Positions 28,595 through 37,431 of a stretch of 64,000 bases of DNA are shown in pieces; the first letter of the stretch is position 1; each line of letters opens with the position of its first letter. The position numbers were made by a program, and so were the translations under genes. Below the pieces are notes generated by a model. It was not told the DNA's origin. It was given only the letters and a program-made list of their open reading frames with translations, and did no database searches. This DNA is from a virus (taxonomy: Duplodnaviria > Heunggongvirae > Uroviricota > Caudoviricetes): IMG/VR virus record IMGVR_UViG_3300028534_000001, positions 132,338 through 196,337 of that record; one strand, written 5' to 3'.

Positions 28595-29068
28595 TTAAGC
28601 TAATTCTTTAGCTACTTTTAACATTTCATTCCAAATAGGAATTGTATTGTTATCAAAAATAACATTTAATACAACATTACCAGCCATTCCACATTGAAAA
28701 TCAAATTGTTTTCTAGCTTCTTGAAATCCAACATTTACAGCTGATTCATAAGCTAATTGAATTTCATTATTATTAAAATCTGCTTCATTATTTGAATCAA
28801 TTAAATCAATTAAAGGTTCTAATATACAATAATTTTTTAAATCAAATAAAAAGTCTTGTTTACTTTTTGTATTATTTGGACAAAATAAATCATAAGGAGA
28901 TTTTTTTCCACCTGAAATAATTTTTTTAAGTAAACTTTCTGATGTAATTTCACCTTTGATCGAATACCAAAATTGTTGTTCATTCCCAAAAGCATCTTTA
29001 AACTTATTTGACTCAATAATTTTTGTATATTTTTTAACTTTTAATTCTTCAATTATTTCTTTTAACAT
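28595..29068 (-). CDS. MLKEIL-family hypothetical protein
   Basis: The preferred start is the ATG at 29068 (MLKEIIEEL) with an AAAGGTG RBS. The track start is a GTG 3 codons upstream. Confidence 0.4.
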   Translation of the reverse strand: MLKEIIEELKVKKYTKIIESNKFKDAFGNEQQFWYSIKGEITSESLLKKIISGGKKSPYDLFCPNNTKSKQDFLFDLKNYCILEPLIDLIDSNNEADFNNNEIQLAYESAVNVGFQEARKQFDFQCGMAGNVVLNVIFDNNTIPIWNEMLKVAKELA

Positions 29069-29087
29069 TACAAACACCTTTTTATTT

Positions 29088-29507
29088 TTATTTAATATGT
29101 TTTGCCCATTTTATTTTTGGTTTTAATAATTTTAATATTTCATTATATATTTTAGATTGGTTTTTTGAAATTTCATTCAAATTATCTATATTTAACCATT
29201 TAGCTTCATAAATTTCTCTTTTTTGAAATTTAAAATTATATTCATTATTTGTAAAATTATATAAAAATATACCTATGTTTTTTGAAGGATTAGTTTGAAA
29301 AAAATAATTTTCTAATTCATTTTCATTTAATTTAATACCAGTTTCTTCTTGAAATTCTCTTAAAGCACATTCTTTAAAAGTTTCCCCATTTTCAATTTTA
29401 CCTTTAAAAAAATTCCATTTACTATATTTGTTACATTTATTCATTAAAATTTCTATTTTACCATTTTTTATTCTATAAGGACAAATACCATAAGAATGTG
29501 CTTTCAT
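29088..29507 (-). CDS. Nudix hydrolase
   Basis: The Nudix box FFKGKIENGETFKECALREFQEETGI matches MutT FPGGKIEMGETPEQAVVRELQEEVGI. Confidence 0.7.
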   Translation of the reverse strand: MKAHSYGICPYRIKNGKIEILMNKCNKYSKWNFFKGKIENGETFKECALREFQEETGIKLNENELENYFFQTNPSKNIGIFLYNFTNNEYNFKFQKREIYEAKWLNIDNLNEISKNQSKIYNEILKLLKPKIKWAKHIK

Positions 29508-29509
29508 TT

Positions 29510-30001
29510 TTACTCCTTTAATGGGTTTTTACAATAAATATTTGTAGAAACAAAATCATATTTCAAAAATAATTTTTTATATGGATGTATTTCTTTTATA
29601 TAATAATAATTTTTACAAATAGGCAAATTAACTTTTTTTCTTATTTTTAATATATTATTATCTTGATAAATAAATATAAAATGATCATTTTCTATTGACG
29701 GGTATATTTTTTGTACATTTTCAATTATACTTTTTTCAAAATGAATCATTTTAATACTAATATAAATGTTTGTTAAAAACATTAAAAATAAAATTATTGA
29801 AAATATTTCCATACTAATAAATGAAACTACAATAATAAAAAAACCTAAAACAATCATTTCTAAATTTCCAAAAAATATAAATAACATTCCTATTATATAT
29901 AAATTATAAGAATATTTATCTTTTTTATAAAAATTTTTAAAATTATTAAAATACATTTTTAATTTATTCATTTGAATTTCCATATTTTTTCTCAATTTCA
30001 A
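29510..30001 (-). CDS. membrane protein
   Basis: 163 aa with two or three transmembrane helices and a C-terminal soluble domain. Confidence 0.4.
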   Translation of the reverse strand: MKLRKNMEIQMNKLKMYFNNFKNFYKKDKYSYNLYIIGMLFIFFGNLEMIVLGFFIIVVSFISMEIFSIILFLMFLTNIYISIKMIHFEKSIIENVQKIYPSIENDHFIFIYQDNNILKIRKKVNLPICKNYYYIKEIHPYKKLFLKYDFVSTNIYCKNPLKE

Positions 30002-30554
30002 TAATATTCAAAATTCTATCAATTTGTTCAAATAAATCTTCTTTATTTTCATTATATATAACAAATTTAGAATTTTTAATTTTTGAATAATCATCTAATT
30101 GTTTTTTAACAATATTTTCTGCTTCTAAATATGTAACTTTATCCCTAGTAACAATTCTTTCAATTCTAGTAATATCATCTGCATAAACACAAATTACATT
30201 ATCTTTAAACATTTCATATAATTTACCTTTTTTCTCAAAATATAAAGGATGTTCTATAAAATAAAGTTCTCCACTTTCTTCTAATTTTTTAACTACTCTT
30301 AAAATTCTATTTATAATAGTGGAGTGTAAAATTTTTTCTAAAATTTTTAATTTTTTATCATCTTCAAAAACAATTTTTCTTATTTCTTTTCTATTAGATG
30401 TTCCAAAAATTTGTTTTATTTCATTTTCTTTTTCTTCAAATACTTCTTTAGAAATATTATCCATATAAATTACTTTATAACCTTTTGTATTCAAAATATC
30501 AGCTACTGTAGATTTTCCACTACCTATACTTCCTGTGATAATATATCCATTCAT
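29964..30554 (-). CDS. dephospho-CoA kinase-like P-loop kinase
   Basis: YIITGSIGSGKSTVADIL..GYKVIYMD matches CoaE ALTGGIGSGKSTVA..G..VIDAD. C-terminal ITRIERIVTRDKVT.EAENIVKKQ matches the CoaE QL.R...RD..T.E....I..Q motif. Confidence 0.55.
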   Translation of the reverse strand: MNGYIITGSIGSGKSTVADILNTKGYKVIYMDNISKEVFEEKENEIKQIFGTSNRKEIRKIVFEDDKKLKILEKILHSTIINRILRVVKKLEESGELYFIEHPLYFEKKGKLYEMFKDNVICVYADDITRIERIVTRDKVTYLEAENIVKKQLDDYSKIKNSKFVIYNENKEDLFEQIDRILNIIEIEKKYGNSNE

Positions 30555-30565
30555 AATTTTATTCC

Positions 30566-30751
30566 TTATTTTAAAATTACAATAATTGCTCCAATAATAC
30601 CTAATAATTGCTGTAATGATAAAGGTCCAATTACAATAGGTCCTGTAAAAAATATTATAATAAATCCTATAAAATATCCTACACTAAACCCAATTATGAT
30701 TGAAATAATAAAAATAAAAAATACTAAAATTCCCAATTTTAACAATTGCAT
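30566..30751 (-). CDS. small hydrophobic membrane protein
   Basis: 61 aa, almost entirely hydrophobic. Confidence 0.3.
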   Translation of the reverse strand: MQLLKLGILVFFIFIISIIIGFSVGYFIGFIIIFFTGPIVIGPLSLQQLLGIIGAIIVILK

Positions 30752-30762
30752 AAAATCTCCTT

Positions 30763-31191
30763 TTAAAATTTAATTCTATTTATACTATTTTTACATTTAA
30801 TAATATTATATTTACTACCATCTGAATTATAACCACCTATTAAAATCAATGATACACCAGTTGATGAAGAATTTTCAATTTTGATTTTTTTAGGTTCAAG
30901 ATATAATATTTCAATATTTCCATTTTGATGTGCTTTAAAAATTATTTTATTTATCAAACCATTATAACATATTTCTCCTTTAGCAATAATAGTATTACCA
31001 TCTAAATAATTTTCTTGTTTTCTAAAAATAGAAATTTTATTTTTATTAGCAAATTCATTTAATAATTTATTTTCTTGTTTTAAAACTTGAGGGTTTTTAT
31101 TTGATTCATTTATTTTTACTACAATATAAAAAAATGCTAAAAGTGCAAACAAAATAAATAATACTGTAAATTCTTCTTTAAATTTTTTCAT
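30763..31191 (-). CDS. single-pass membrane protein (FliL-like architecture, speculative)
   Basis: An N-terminal transmembrane helix FTVLFILFALLAFFYIVV is followed by a roughly 110 aa extracytoplasmic domain. Confidence 0.4.
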   Translation of the reverse strand: MKKFKEEFTVLFILFALLAFFYIVVKINESNKNPQVLKQENKLLNEFANKNKISIFRKQENYLDGNTIIAKGEICYNGLINKIIFKAHQNGNIEILYLEPKKIKIENSSSTGVSLILIGGYNSDGSKYNIIKCKNSINRIKF

Positions 31192-31241
31192 AAATTATTC
31201 CTTATTTTAAAAATCAATTGATTTTTAATAATTTTTTATTT

Positions 31242-31457
31242 TTATCTTATAATAAATGTTATTTCATTATTTTCTCTTATGATTTTATCTATTAAATATA
31301 AATTTTCAACTCTAAAAAATTCTTCAAATTTTTCATTTAAATTTTCATTTTCATAACTTGAAACTATAAATTCTACTTGGTTTTCACTTTGAATAGGAAT
31401 AATATCTAAAATAATGCCTTCTTTTATAATTTCTTTTTGGAATTCTCTAATATTCAT
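31242..31457 (-). CDS. hypothetical protein
   Basis: A 71 aa ORF follows promoter 31491..31519. Confidence 0.4.
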   Translation of the reverse strand: MNIREFQKEIIKEGIILDIIPIQSENQVEFIVSSYENENLNEKFEEFFRVENLYLIDKIIRENNEITFIIR

Positions 31458-31490
31458 GTTTTTTCCTTTTTCTTTATTTTTTATATTATA

Positions 31491-31519
31491 ATTATACTAA
31501 ATTTTTAAAGAAAAGTCAA
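31491..31519 (-). promoter_or_regulatory. sigma70-type early promoter
   Basis: The attata element is at 31491-31496 and agtcaa at 31514-31519, with a 17 nt spacer. Confidence 0.7.
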
Positions 31520-31540
31520 GAGAAATTTAAAAAATTTCTC

Positions 31541-32434
31541 TTATTTCTTTTGATTTAATAAAAAATTTGTATTTTTCATCATATCATAAGGCATATATAC
31601 TACATTAGAATTACCTTTTAAATTTTCCATCATCTTTTCTTGAATTTCCATTTCTCTCCATTTAATTAAATTTGGAGTTATTGATTTGCTTAAAAGTAAA
31701 TTTGCATCGTGTTGTCTTTGAACTTCTGCCATTTTTACAGCATATTCAGCTTTTGCAATTTTAATCTTAGCGGCAGCTCTTGTTTGTGCAATTGCTGCAT
31801 CTGCTTCAGCTTTTTTAATTTCAAGTTCTCTCTTTTTAGCATTTTCAATTGCATCATTATAAATTTTAGGATAAACAAATTTACCTATTGAAAAGTCAAC
31901 TAATTGTAAAGGTGTATTTTTAAATTCTTTTTGAATTCTATTGAAAACTTGACCTGAAATTCTAGTATAATTTAATCTTGCTTCATCAATTGTATATTCA
32001 CTTAAAACTTCTCTAATAATTCTAGATACTTTAGATTGACCATAAATTGCATAAACTGAATTTAAAGTAATAATACTATCTTTATTTGGTTTAACATCAT
32101 TGAATAATTGATTTAAAGATTTTTTATCTTTTTTAGGTTGAACTACAATTCTAACATATTGAACTTGTAAATTCATATTATCTTTCATTCTGATAGTAAC
32201 ATTATCAACAAATTGTTTTTTAGCTGTTTCTAATAAAATAAGTTTATTATAACAATTAAAATCAAATAAACTACAAACGTGAATTGCACCAGGTTGATAT
32301 ACTTCTGGGGCATATCCATTTGATGTTAAGATTTTACCATCATATCCTACTGGAATTCTTTCTTTTTTTTGAGAACATCCACTAAAACTAAAAATAGCAA
32401 TAATTGTTGCTATAAGTATTAAAATTTTTTTCAT
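31541..32434 (-). CDS. SPFH/band-7 (prohibitin/HflKC-like) lipoprotein
   Basis: The lipobox is IFSFSGC. An Ala/Glu-rich helical segment KKAEADAAIAQTRAAAKIKIAKAEYAVKMAEVQRQ follows a beta-rich core, as is typical of SPFH proteins. Confidence 0.5.
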   Translation of the reverse strand: MKKILILIATIIAIFSFSGCSQKKERIPVGYDGKILTSNGYAPEVYQPGAIHVCSLFDFNCYNKLILLETAKKQFVDNVTIRMKDNMNLQVQYVRIVVQPKKDKKSLNQLFNDVKPNKDSIITLNSVYAIYGQSKVSRIIREVLSEYTIDEARLNYTRISGQVFNRIQKEFKNTPLQLVDFSIGKFVYPKIYNDAIENAKKRELEIKKAEADAAIAQTRAAAKIKIAKAEYAVKMAEVQRQHDANLLLSKSITPNLIKWREMEIQEKMMENLKGNSNVVYMPYDMMKNTNFLLNQKK

Positions 32435-32438
32435 TATT

Positions 32439-32708
32439 TTACTCCCTAATAATTTTTTCTATATTATAATTTTTTTCAAAATAATTTTTATTTATAAACC
32501 ATAAATCTAATTTATTTTTTGAATTTAATTCTTCAATGTCTCCTGATATATATCCTACTATATCATCATTTTCAAATTTTAATAAAAAATTTTTATCAAA
32601 TTCTGATATAGAAATAGGAAAATTAACTGACATATCTTTTAATTCTTGTTTAGTAACTTCTAAAACTTTTGTTTTTAAAGGTTTTTTGCTACAAATTATT
32701 TTTCTCAT
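32439..32708 (-). CDS. hypothetical protein
   Basis: 89 aa ORF. Confidence 0.35.
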   Translation of the reverse strand: MRKIICSKKPLKTKVLEVTKQELKDMSVNFPISISEFDKNFLLKFENDDIVGYISGDIEELNSKNKLDLWFINKNYFEKNYNIEKIIRE

Positions 32709-32934
32709 TTAATTTTCCTTTAATTTTTTCTACTTTTTCAGTAGGAATACATTTATATGATAAAAGAATTTTACCATCTTTTATAATTTCAATATTATCA
32801 AATTCATTTAAATTTAATGTTTTTGTTTCTAATCCTACAATAGTTATAGAATTTTTATTTTTTTCTAAAATAATATTATTAACTTCTATTAAAGTAGTAA
32901 TATTATCTTTATAATGTTCAATTATTAAAACCAT
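32689..32934 (-). CDS. hypothetical protein
   Basis: 81 aa ORF. Confidence 0.35.
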   Translation of the reverse strand: MVLIIEHYKDNITTLIEVNNIILEKNKNSITIVGLETKTLNLNEFDNIEIIKDGKILLSYKCIPTEKVEKIKGKLNEKNNL

Positions 32935-32958
32935 AGTTAACTCTTTAAATAAAAAATG

Positions 32959-33372
32959 TTAAGATTTTAAAATTCTTAGCATAAATACTTTAGTATCGTT
33001 ATCAATAGATTCATCTTCTAAAATTGAAATTTCTAAATTTTTTAAATCTTCTTCATTCAATGAATTTTTTAGTAAATTAACAAATTTATGAATAATTTCA
33101 TATAAAATTTCATTTTCAATTTGAAGATCATTTGCATATTCTTCACATTTGTCAATTTCTTCATAACATTCATTACAATTTTCATTTTCAACATTTTCAT
33201 TAAAATCATCATCTTCTTTTTTTAAATTTAAAAATTCTTTTAAATCTTCTGGCATATTTTTTTGAATTTCTTGAGCAATTTCTTCTGGTGTTTTGCCAAA
33301 AATTTGTTTAGAAACATCCTTTAATAATTCTTTATTACCACTTAAAATTTCTTCAATATTTATTTTTTCCAT
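32959..33372 (-). CDS. acidic hypothetical protein
   Basis: 137 aa, rich in Glu and Asp. Confidence 0.4.
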   Translation of the reverse strand: MEKINIEEILSGNKELLKDVSKQIFGKTPEEIAQEIQKNMPEDLKEFLNLKKEDDDFNENVENENCNECYEEIDKCEEYANDLQIENEILYEIIHKFVNLLKNSLNEEDLKNLEISILEDESIDNDTKVFMLRILKS

Positions 33373-33740
33373 TATTTTTCCTTTTTGTTTATATTTTCGT
33401 GTATTTGATTTGCTTGTTGTTCAATATAATTAGTTGTCGAAATATCTTTAACTTTAATTATATTTGGTAAAACTTTTTCTTTAATTTCACTTTTTTGAAT
33501 CATTGCTTTTGAATGTTCTTCAATTCTTTTTTGATCTAATTTTTCATTTTTAGCAAAATTAAAATTTAAAGTAGAAATAACATAAATAATTATCCCTAAA
33601 AGACTTAAATAAGCTATTTTAATATTTTTATTAAATTTATCATCTTTTGAAAACCTTGTTTTAATAATTTTATATGCTGAAAAAATTAACACTAATTCAA
33701 CTATTAGTTTCAAAAGAAAAAAATAACTAAATACCATCAA
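33372..33740 (-). CDS. membrane protein
   Basis: 122 aa with two transmembrane helices. Confidence 0.4.
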   Translation of the reverse strand: MMVFSYFFLLKLIVELVLIFSAYKIIKTRFSKDDKFNKNIKIAYLSLLGIIIYVISTLNFNFAKNEKLDQKRIEEHSKAMIQKSEIKEKVLPNIIKVKDISTTNYIEQQANQIHENINKKEK

Positions 33741-33749
33741 ACCTCCTTT

Positions 33750-34394
33750 TTAGATTAAAATTTCATTTGTCAATTTAACAATTATTTTAATATCTTCTTT
33801 TGCAATTTTTCCAATAACTTTTTTATACTTTTTAAAATATTTAGCAACACCATACTTTTTGTTCAATTTAACAGTTGTAAAAATTTCTATAGTTACACTA
33901 TTAGAATAACCATAAATATTATATGTAAAAGGTAAACAACCCATATTCTTAACACCAAAATCTTTTAAAACATCATTCATAAATAAAATCCTATCGAAAT
34001 GTTTTTTAGTTTTAGGTTTTTTAGCCATTATTTTTTTAACATATCCTGAATGATAAGGAGTTGCTTTCATTAAAAATTCAATTAAACCTTTATTTATATC
34101 CCTTTTACCTGATAATATCAAATTATTACTATCTCTATCTTTGATTAAAATTCTATTTTTTCTTACAACAATTTTATAAAAATTTTTTAAATCTTCTGTG
34201 GTAATAAATCCATTAAACCCTAATTGTGAATATTTTTTAAATGGGTTTGTTACATCATAATATTTAGGATTATCACATTTTCTAAAAAATATTTCATTTG
34301 AAGTATTTTCATCATTTTCAATTTTATCTCTTGAAATTAAAATAATATCATTTTTAAATAAATCTATTAAAATTTCTTTAATTGATTTTCTCAT
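33750..34394 (-). CDS. hypothetical protein
   Basis: 214 aa ORF. Confidence 0.4.
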   Translation of the reverse strand: MRKSIKEILIDLFKNDIILISRDKIENDENTSNEIFFRKCDNPKYYDVTNPFKKYSQLGFNGFITTEDLKNFYKIVVRKNRILIKDRDSNNLILSGKRDINKGLIEFLMKATPYHSGYVKKIMAKKPKTKKHFDRILFMNDVLKDFGVKNMGCLPFTYNIYGYSNSVTIEIFTTVKLNKKYGVAKYFKKYKKVIGKIAKEDIKIIVKLTNEILI

Positions 34395-34440
34395 TTATTT
34401 TTTTCTCCTTCATATTAAAATTATATCATATTTTATAAAA

Positions 34441-35100
34441 TTAAGAAACTTTTTCTAAAAGTTTTAATTCTATTTCAGTTATATAAAAATCTCTAACTAA
34501 AATATCTTTAATGTATTTTTTAGAACTTCTTTCTTTACATAATTTATAATAATTCCCAATATATTCAATTAAACAACTATCTAATCTTGAACCAAATACT
34601 TGATGAACTCTTACATCTCCTATGTTTCTAACATAATCTAAAATTTTAATAACTAAATCTTCATCAATTTTAATTAAATCTTTTGTAAGTTCTTTTTTGA
34701 TTTTTTCTTTTTCTAATTTATTGATTTCTATATTTAATTTATTGATTTTTAAATCAATAGCATATAAATGTTTAACCATTTCTTTATAATTATTTTTTTC
34801 TATAAATTCAATAAGTTTAGAAGTTATATAATTCATTTCATAAAGTGCTTGTTGTTCATCATTCCAACCACCTGAACTAGTTTTAAACTCAAAACCTTTG
34901 TTTGTTAAATATAAAGTTATAACACGTGACCACGCAGATTTTGGTTTGATTTCGATATATAAAGAATTATTATATCCTAAACTTATATTTACATCTTCTA
35001 TAATATCATCTTTTAACATATCTTCAATTTTTCTTGTTAAGTCTTTTAATTCTTCTTTTAAAAATCTTCTTTCTTCTCTTAGTGCTTCAATATTTCTCAT
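34441..35100 (-). CDS. hypothetical protein
   Basis: A 219 aa ORF follows promoter 35142..35170. Confidence 0.4.
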   Translation of the reverse strand: MRNIEALREERRFLKEELKDLTRKIEDMLKDDIIEDVNISLGYNNSLYIEIKPKSAWSRVITLYLTNKGFEFKTSSGGWNDEQQALYEMNYITSKLIEFIEKNNYKEMVKHLYAIDLKINKLNIEINKLEKEKIKKELTKDLIKIDEDLVIKILDYVRNIGDVRVHQVFGSRLDSCLIEYIGNYYKLCKERSSKKYIKDILVRDFYITEIELKLLEKVS

Positions 35101-35141
35101 GTTTTCTCCTTGTTTTGTTCTTTATTTCTTTTTACATTATA

Positions 35142-35170
35142 ATTATACTAAATTTTTAAAGAAAAGTCAA
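35142..35170 (-). promoter_or_regulatory. sigma70-type early promoter
   Basis: The attata element is at 35142-35147 and agtcaa at 35165-35170, with a 17 nt spacer. Confidence 0.7.
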
Positions 35171-35185
35171 CACTTTATATAACAT

Positions 35186-35362
35186 TTATACTAGATTTTG
35201 AAATTTCGAATGTATATTTATCGTTTATAGTAACTTTATATGAAATTGTAAACACAGATGCTCTTGACCTTATAGAAATGTATTCATTAGCTTCTTGTTC
35301 TTCAATTTTAATTGCTTCGATACCAAAAGTTGGTTTTTATTGTATTTTTTCATGATTGCTTC
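35186..35362 (-). pseudogene. frameshifted small ORF between two promoters
   Basis: An ATG at about 35360 is read as MKKYNKNQLLVSKQLKLKNKKLMNTFL*. From just after NQ, another frame encodes about 50 more residues (FGIEAIKIEEQEANEYISIRS...SSINVI) to a stop near 35190. Confidence 0.2.
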
Positions 35363-35385
35363 CTTTTTATTCTTTCTATATTATA

Positions 35386-35414
35386 ATTATACACAAAAAG
35401 AAAAGAAAAGTTAA
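35386..35414 (-). promoter_or_regulatory. sigma70-type early promoter, TTAACT -35 variant
   Basis: The attata element is at 35386-35391 and agttaa at 35409-35414, with a 17 nt spacer. Confidence 0.55.
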
Positions 35415-35426
35415 GAGATTTAGACT

Positions 35427-36020
35427 TTATCCTCTAACAAATTCTAAATATTTAAAATAACTTAAATTATTCATATAAATTGATAATTCATAACCATTAT
35501 ATTCACCTACAATTTCAGTGAAACCTTCATTTTTGAAATCTTCAAAACTACTAATAATTTTAATGACTTCACCTTTTTTAATTGTCATAGTCTCTTTAGA
35601 ATTTTTTAATCTAAATTCTTTTTGTTTTTTAACAATTGCTTTAACAGGTCCTTTTTCAAGTAATTTTATAAGGTTTATTAAAGGTTTTATATTTTTAACA
35701 TTATAAGGTTCATCATTTACAATATCTTCTGTTGCCCATAAGAAATCAAAATTACTATTATATAACTCTTCATATCCATATATCCCATCAAAATTCTTGC
35801 CCCATAATGTCTTCAATACAAATTCATCGTTATCAAAATCTACTTTTTCTAATGCTACAATAGCAATTGTTTCACTACTATCTTTCTTATTTATAAAGAA
35901 AATATAACCAGGTTTCAATTCAGCAAAATTTAATAATTTATATTTTATAAAATTCCACTTATTTTTTATTTTATCTAATAATCCTTCATTTTGGATTTCT
36001 TTTAAAATTTCTTTAAGCAT
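35427..36020 (-). CDS. MLKEIL-family hypothetical protein
   Basis: N-terminus is MLKEILKEIQNEG. 197 aa. Confidence 0.45.
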   Translation of the reverse strand: MLKEILKEIQNEGLLDKIKNKWNFIKYKLLNFAELKPGYIFFINKKDSSETIAIVALEKVDFDNDEFVLKTLWGKNFDGIYGYEELYNSNFDFLWATEDIVNDEPYNVKNIKPLINLIKLLEKGPVKAIVKKQKEFRLKNSKETMTIKKGEVIKIISSFEDFKNEGFTEIVGEYNGYELSIYMNNLSYFKYLEFVRG

Positions 36021-36052
36021 ACAGTGTCCTTTTTATACTTATTTAAATAATG

Positions 36053-37420
36053 TTATTTTCTTTTTCTTTTAAATTCGTGAACATCATTAAACATAATTTG
36101 AACAATTTTATCACTTTGTTCAATTTGAATTATATGTTTTTCATCTTTAGATAATTCTAAAAATGTTTTCCCATCACACCAAATATGAAAAGGTTTTCTT
36201 GATTTTATTTTAATTGTTAAATTTTGAGGTTCTAAAACATAATGGATTTTTCTATTAGTTTTATCTCCTGTTATAACCCAATTATTTGAAGTTAAAGGTA
36301 AAATAACACCACCATTATTTTTATTTATACCAGTACTACCTTGAGCAGTTGATACAATTATACCACTACCTTTGAAATCTTCAATTTGTTCATCTTTATC
36401 ATCAACACTAAAATCAATCCAAGACGACATATCACCACCTATACATATTTCATTAAAAGCTAAATGCCAATTATTTTCATATTTTACTTTTAATAAATGT
36501 AGTGAAATAATTTCAGGATTTGATATATTTTCTTCTTTATTCATAAGAAAATTTAAAGTACCTTTTCCAACACCATAAAAAGGTTTGTTTTTAAAAGAAA
36601 ATTCTCTTATAGCAAGAAGCATTGTTCCATCACCACCATATACTTTAATAAAATTTGTATATTCTACTATTTTATAATATTTATCAAATGTTTTTAATTC
36701 CCAAATAATTTCACCCCAAAATTTCCATTCATTTAATAATTTGAATGTTTTTTCAAAAAGGTATTTTTTACCTAATTCTTTATTTTTTCTAATTTCTCTT
36801 GCGTGAATAACATTTCCATTATTAGTAAATTCTTCAATATTTTTAATGTGATATCCTTCTAATCCAAAAATAGTAGGATAATTACCGTGATATTTTTTAT
36901 TTTTATATTCAAAATCAATCTTATCGACATCTTTTAAATGTGAATATAAAATAATATTTTTTTTAGATGATATGTCTAAAATTTGTTTTTCTATATTTTC
37001 AAACCATTTATCCCAAGATTCATAGTCATTAGCTCCTATTATAATAGCATTTGGGTATATTTTTTCAATAATTTCTTTTCTTTGTTCAAAAGATAAAGGA
37101 TTTTTATCATCAAGTATTTTATTTATACTACCTATTACAATTATAGGTATTAAACCATCTTCAATAATTTTATTAACAATACTAGCATGTCCTTTGTGGA
37201 AAGGTTGAAATCTTCCTAGAAATAATCCATATTTTTGGTTATAATTTTCATCACATATAAAACTTTCAATAAAAAATTGACCTCCCATAGGAGTATCAGA
37301 ACCTACTTTAAATCCACATTTAGAACATTTATAAATAGTTACTCCATTTCCTTTATATTCTTCTTCAATTATTTCTCTATAATTTTTTGAATATATTCCA
37401 CATTTAGGACATTTATACAT
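36053..37420 (-). CDS. bifunctional NMN adenylyltransferase (NadM-type) / NAD kinase fusion with N-terminal zinc ribbon
   Basis: The N-terminus is CPKCG...CSKCG. GLFLGRFQPFHKGHASIV...IIVIGS matches the archaeal NadM motif GRFQPFH.GH...IG.GS. The C-terminal domain carries the NAD kinase motifs GGDGTMLLA, GVGKGTLNFL, NEICIGG and GIIVSTAQGSTGINKNNGGVILP. Confidence 0.7.
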   Translation of the reverse strand: MYKCPKCGIYSKNYREIIEEEYKGNGVTIYKCSKCGFKVGSDTPMGGQFFIESFICDENYNQKYGLFLGRFQPFHKGHASIVNKIIEDGLIPIIVIGSINKILDDKNPLSFEQRKEIIEKIYPNAIIIGANDYESWDKWFENIEKQILDISSKKNIILYSHLKDVDKIDFEYKNKKYHGNYPTIFGLEGYHIKNIEEFTNNGNVIHAREIRKNKELGKKYLFEKTFKLLNEWKFWGEIIWELKTFDKYYKIVEYTNFIKVYGGDGTMLLAIREFSFKNKPFYGVGKGTLNFLMNKEENISNPEIISLHLLKVKYENNWHLAFNEICIGGDMSSWIDFSVDDKDEQIEDFKGSGIIVSTAQGSTGINKNNGGVILPLTSNNWVITGDKTNRKIHYVLEPQNLTIKIKSRKPFHIWCDGKTFLELSKDEKHIIQIEQSDKIVQIMFNDVHEFKRKRK

Positions 37421-37431
37421 TTTTTCTCCTT

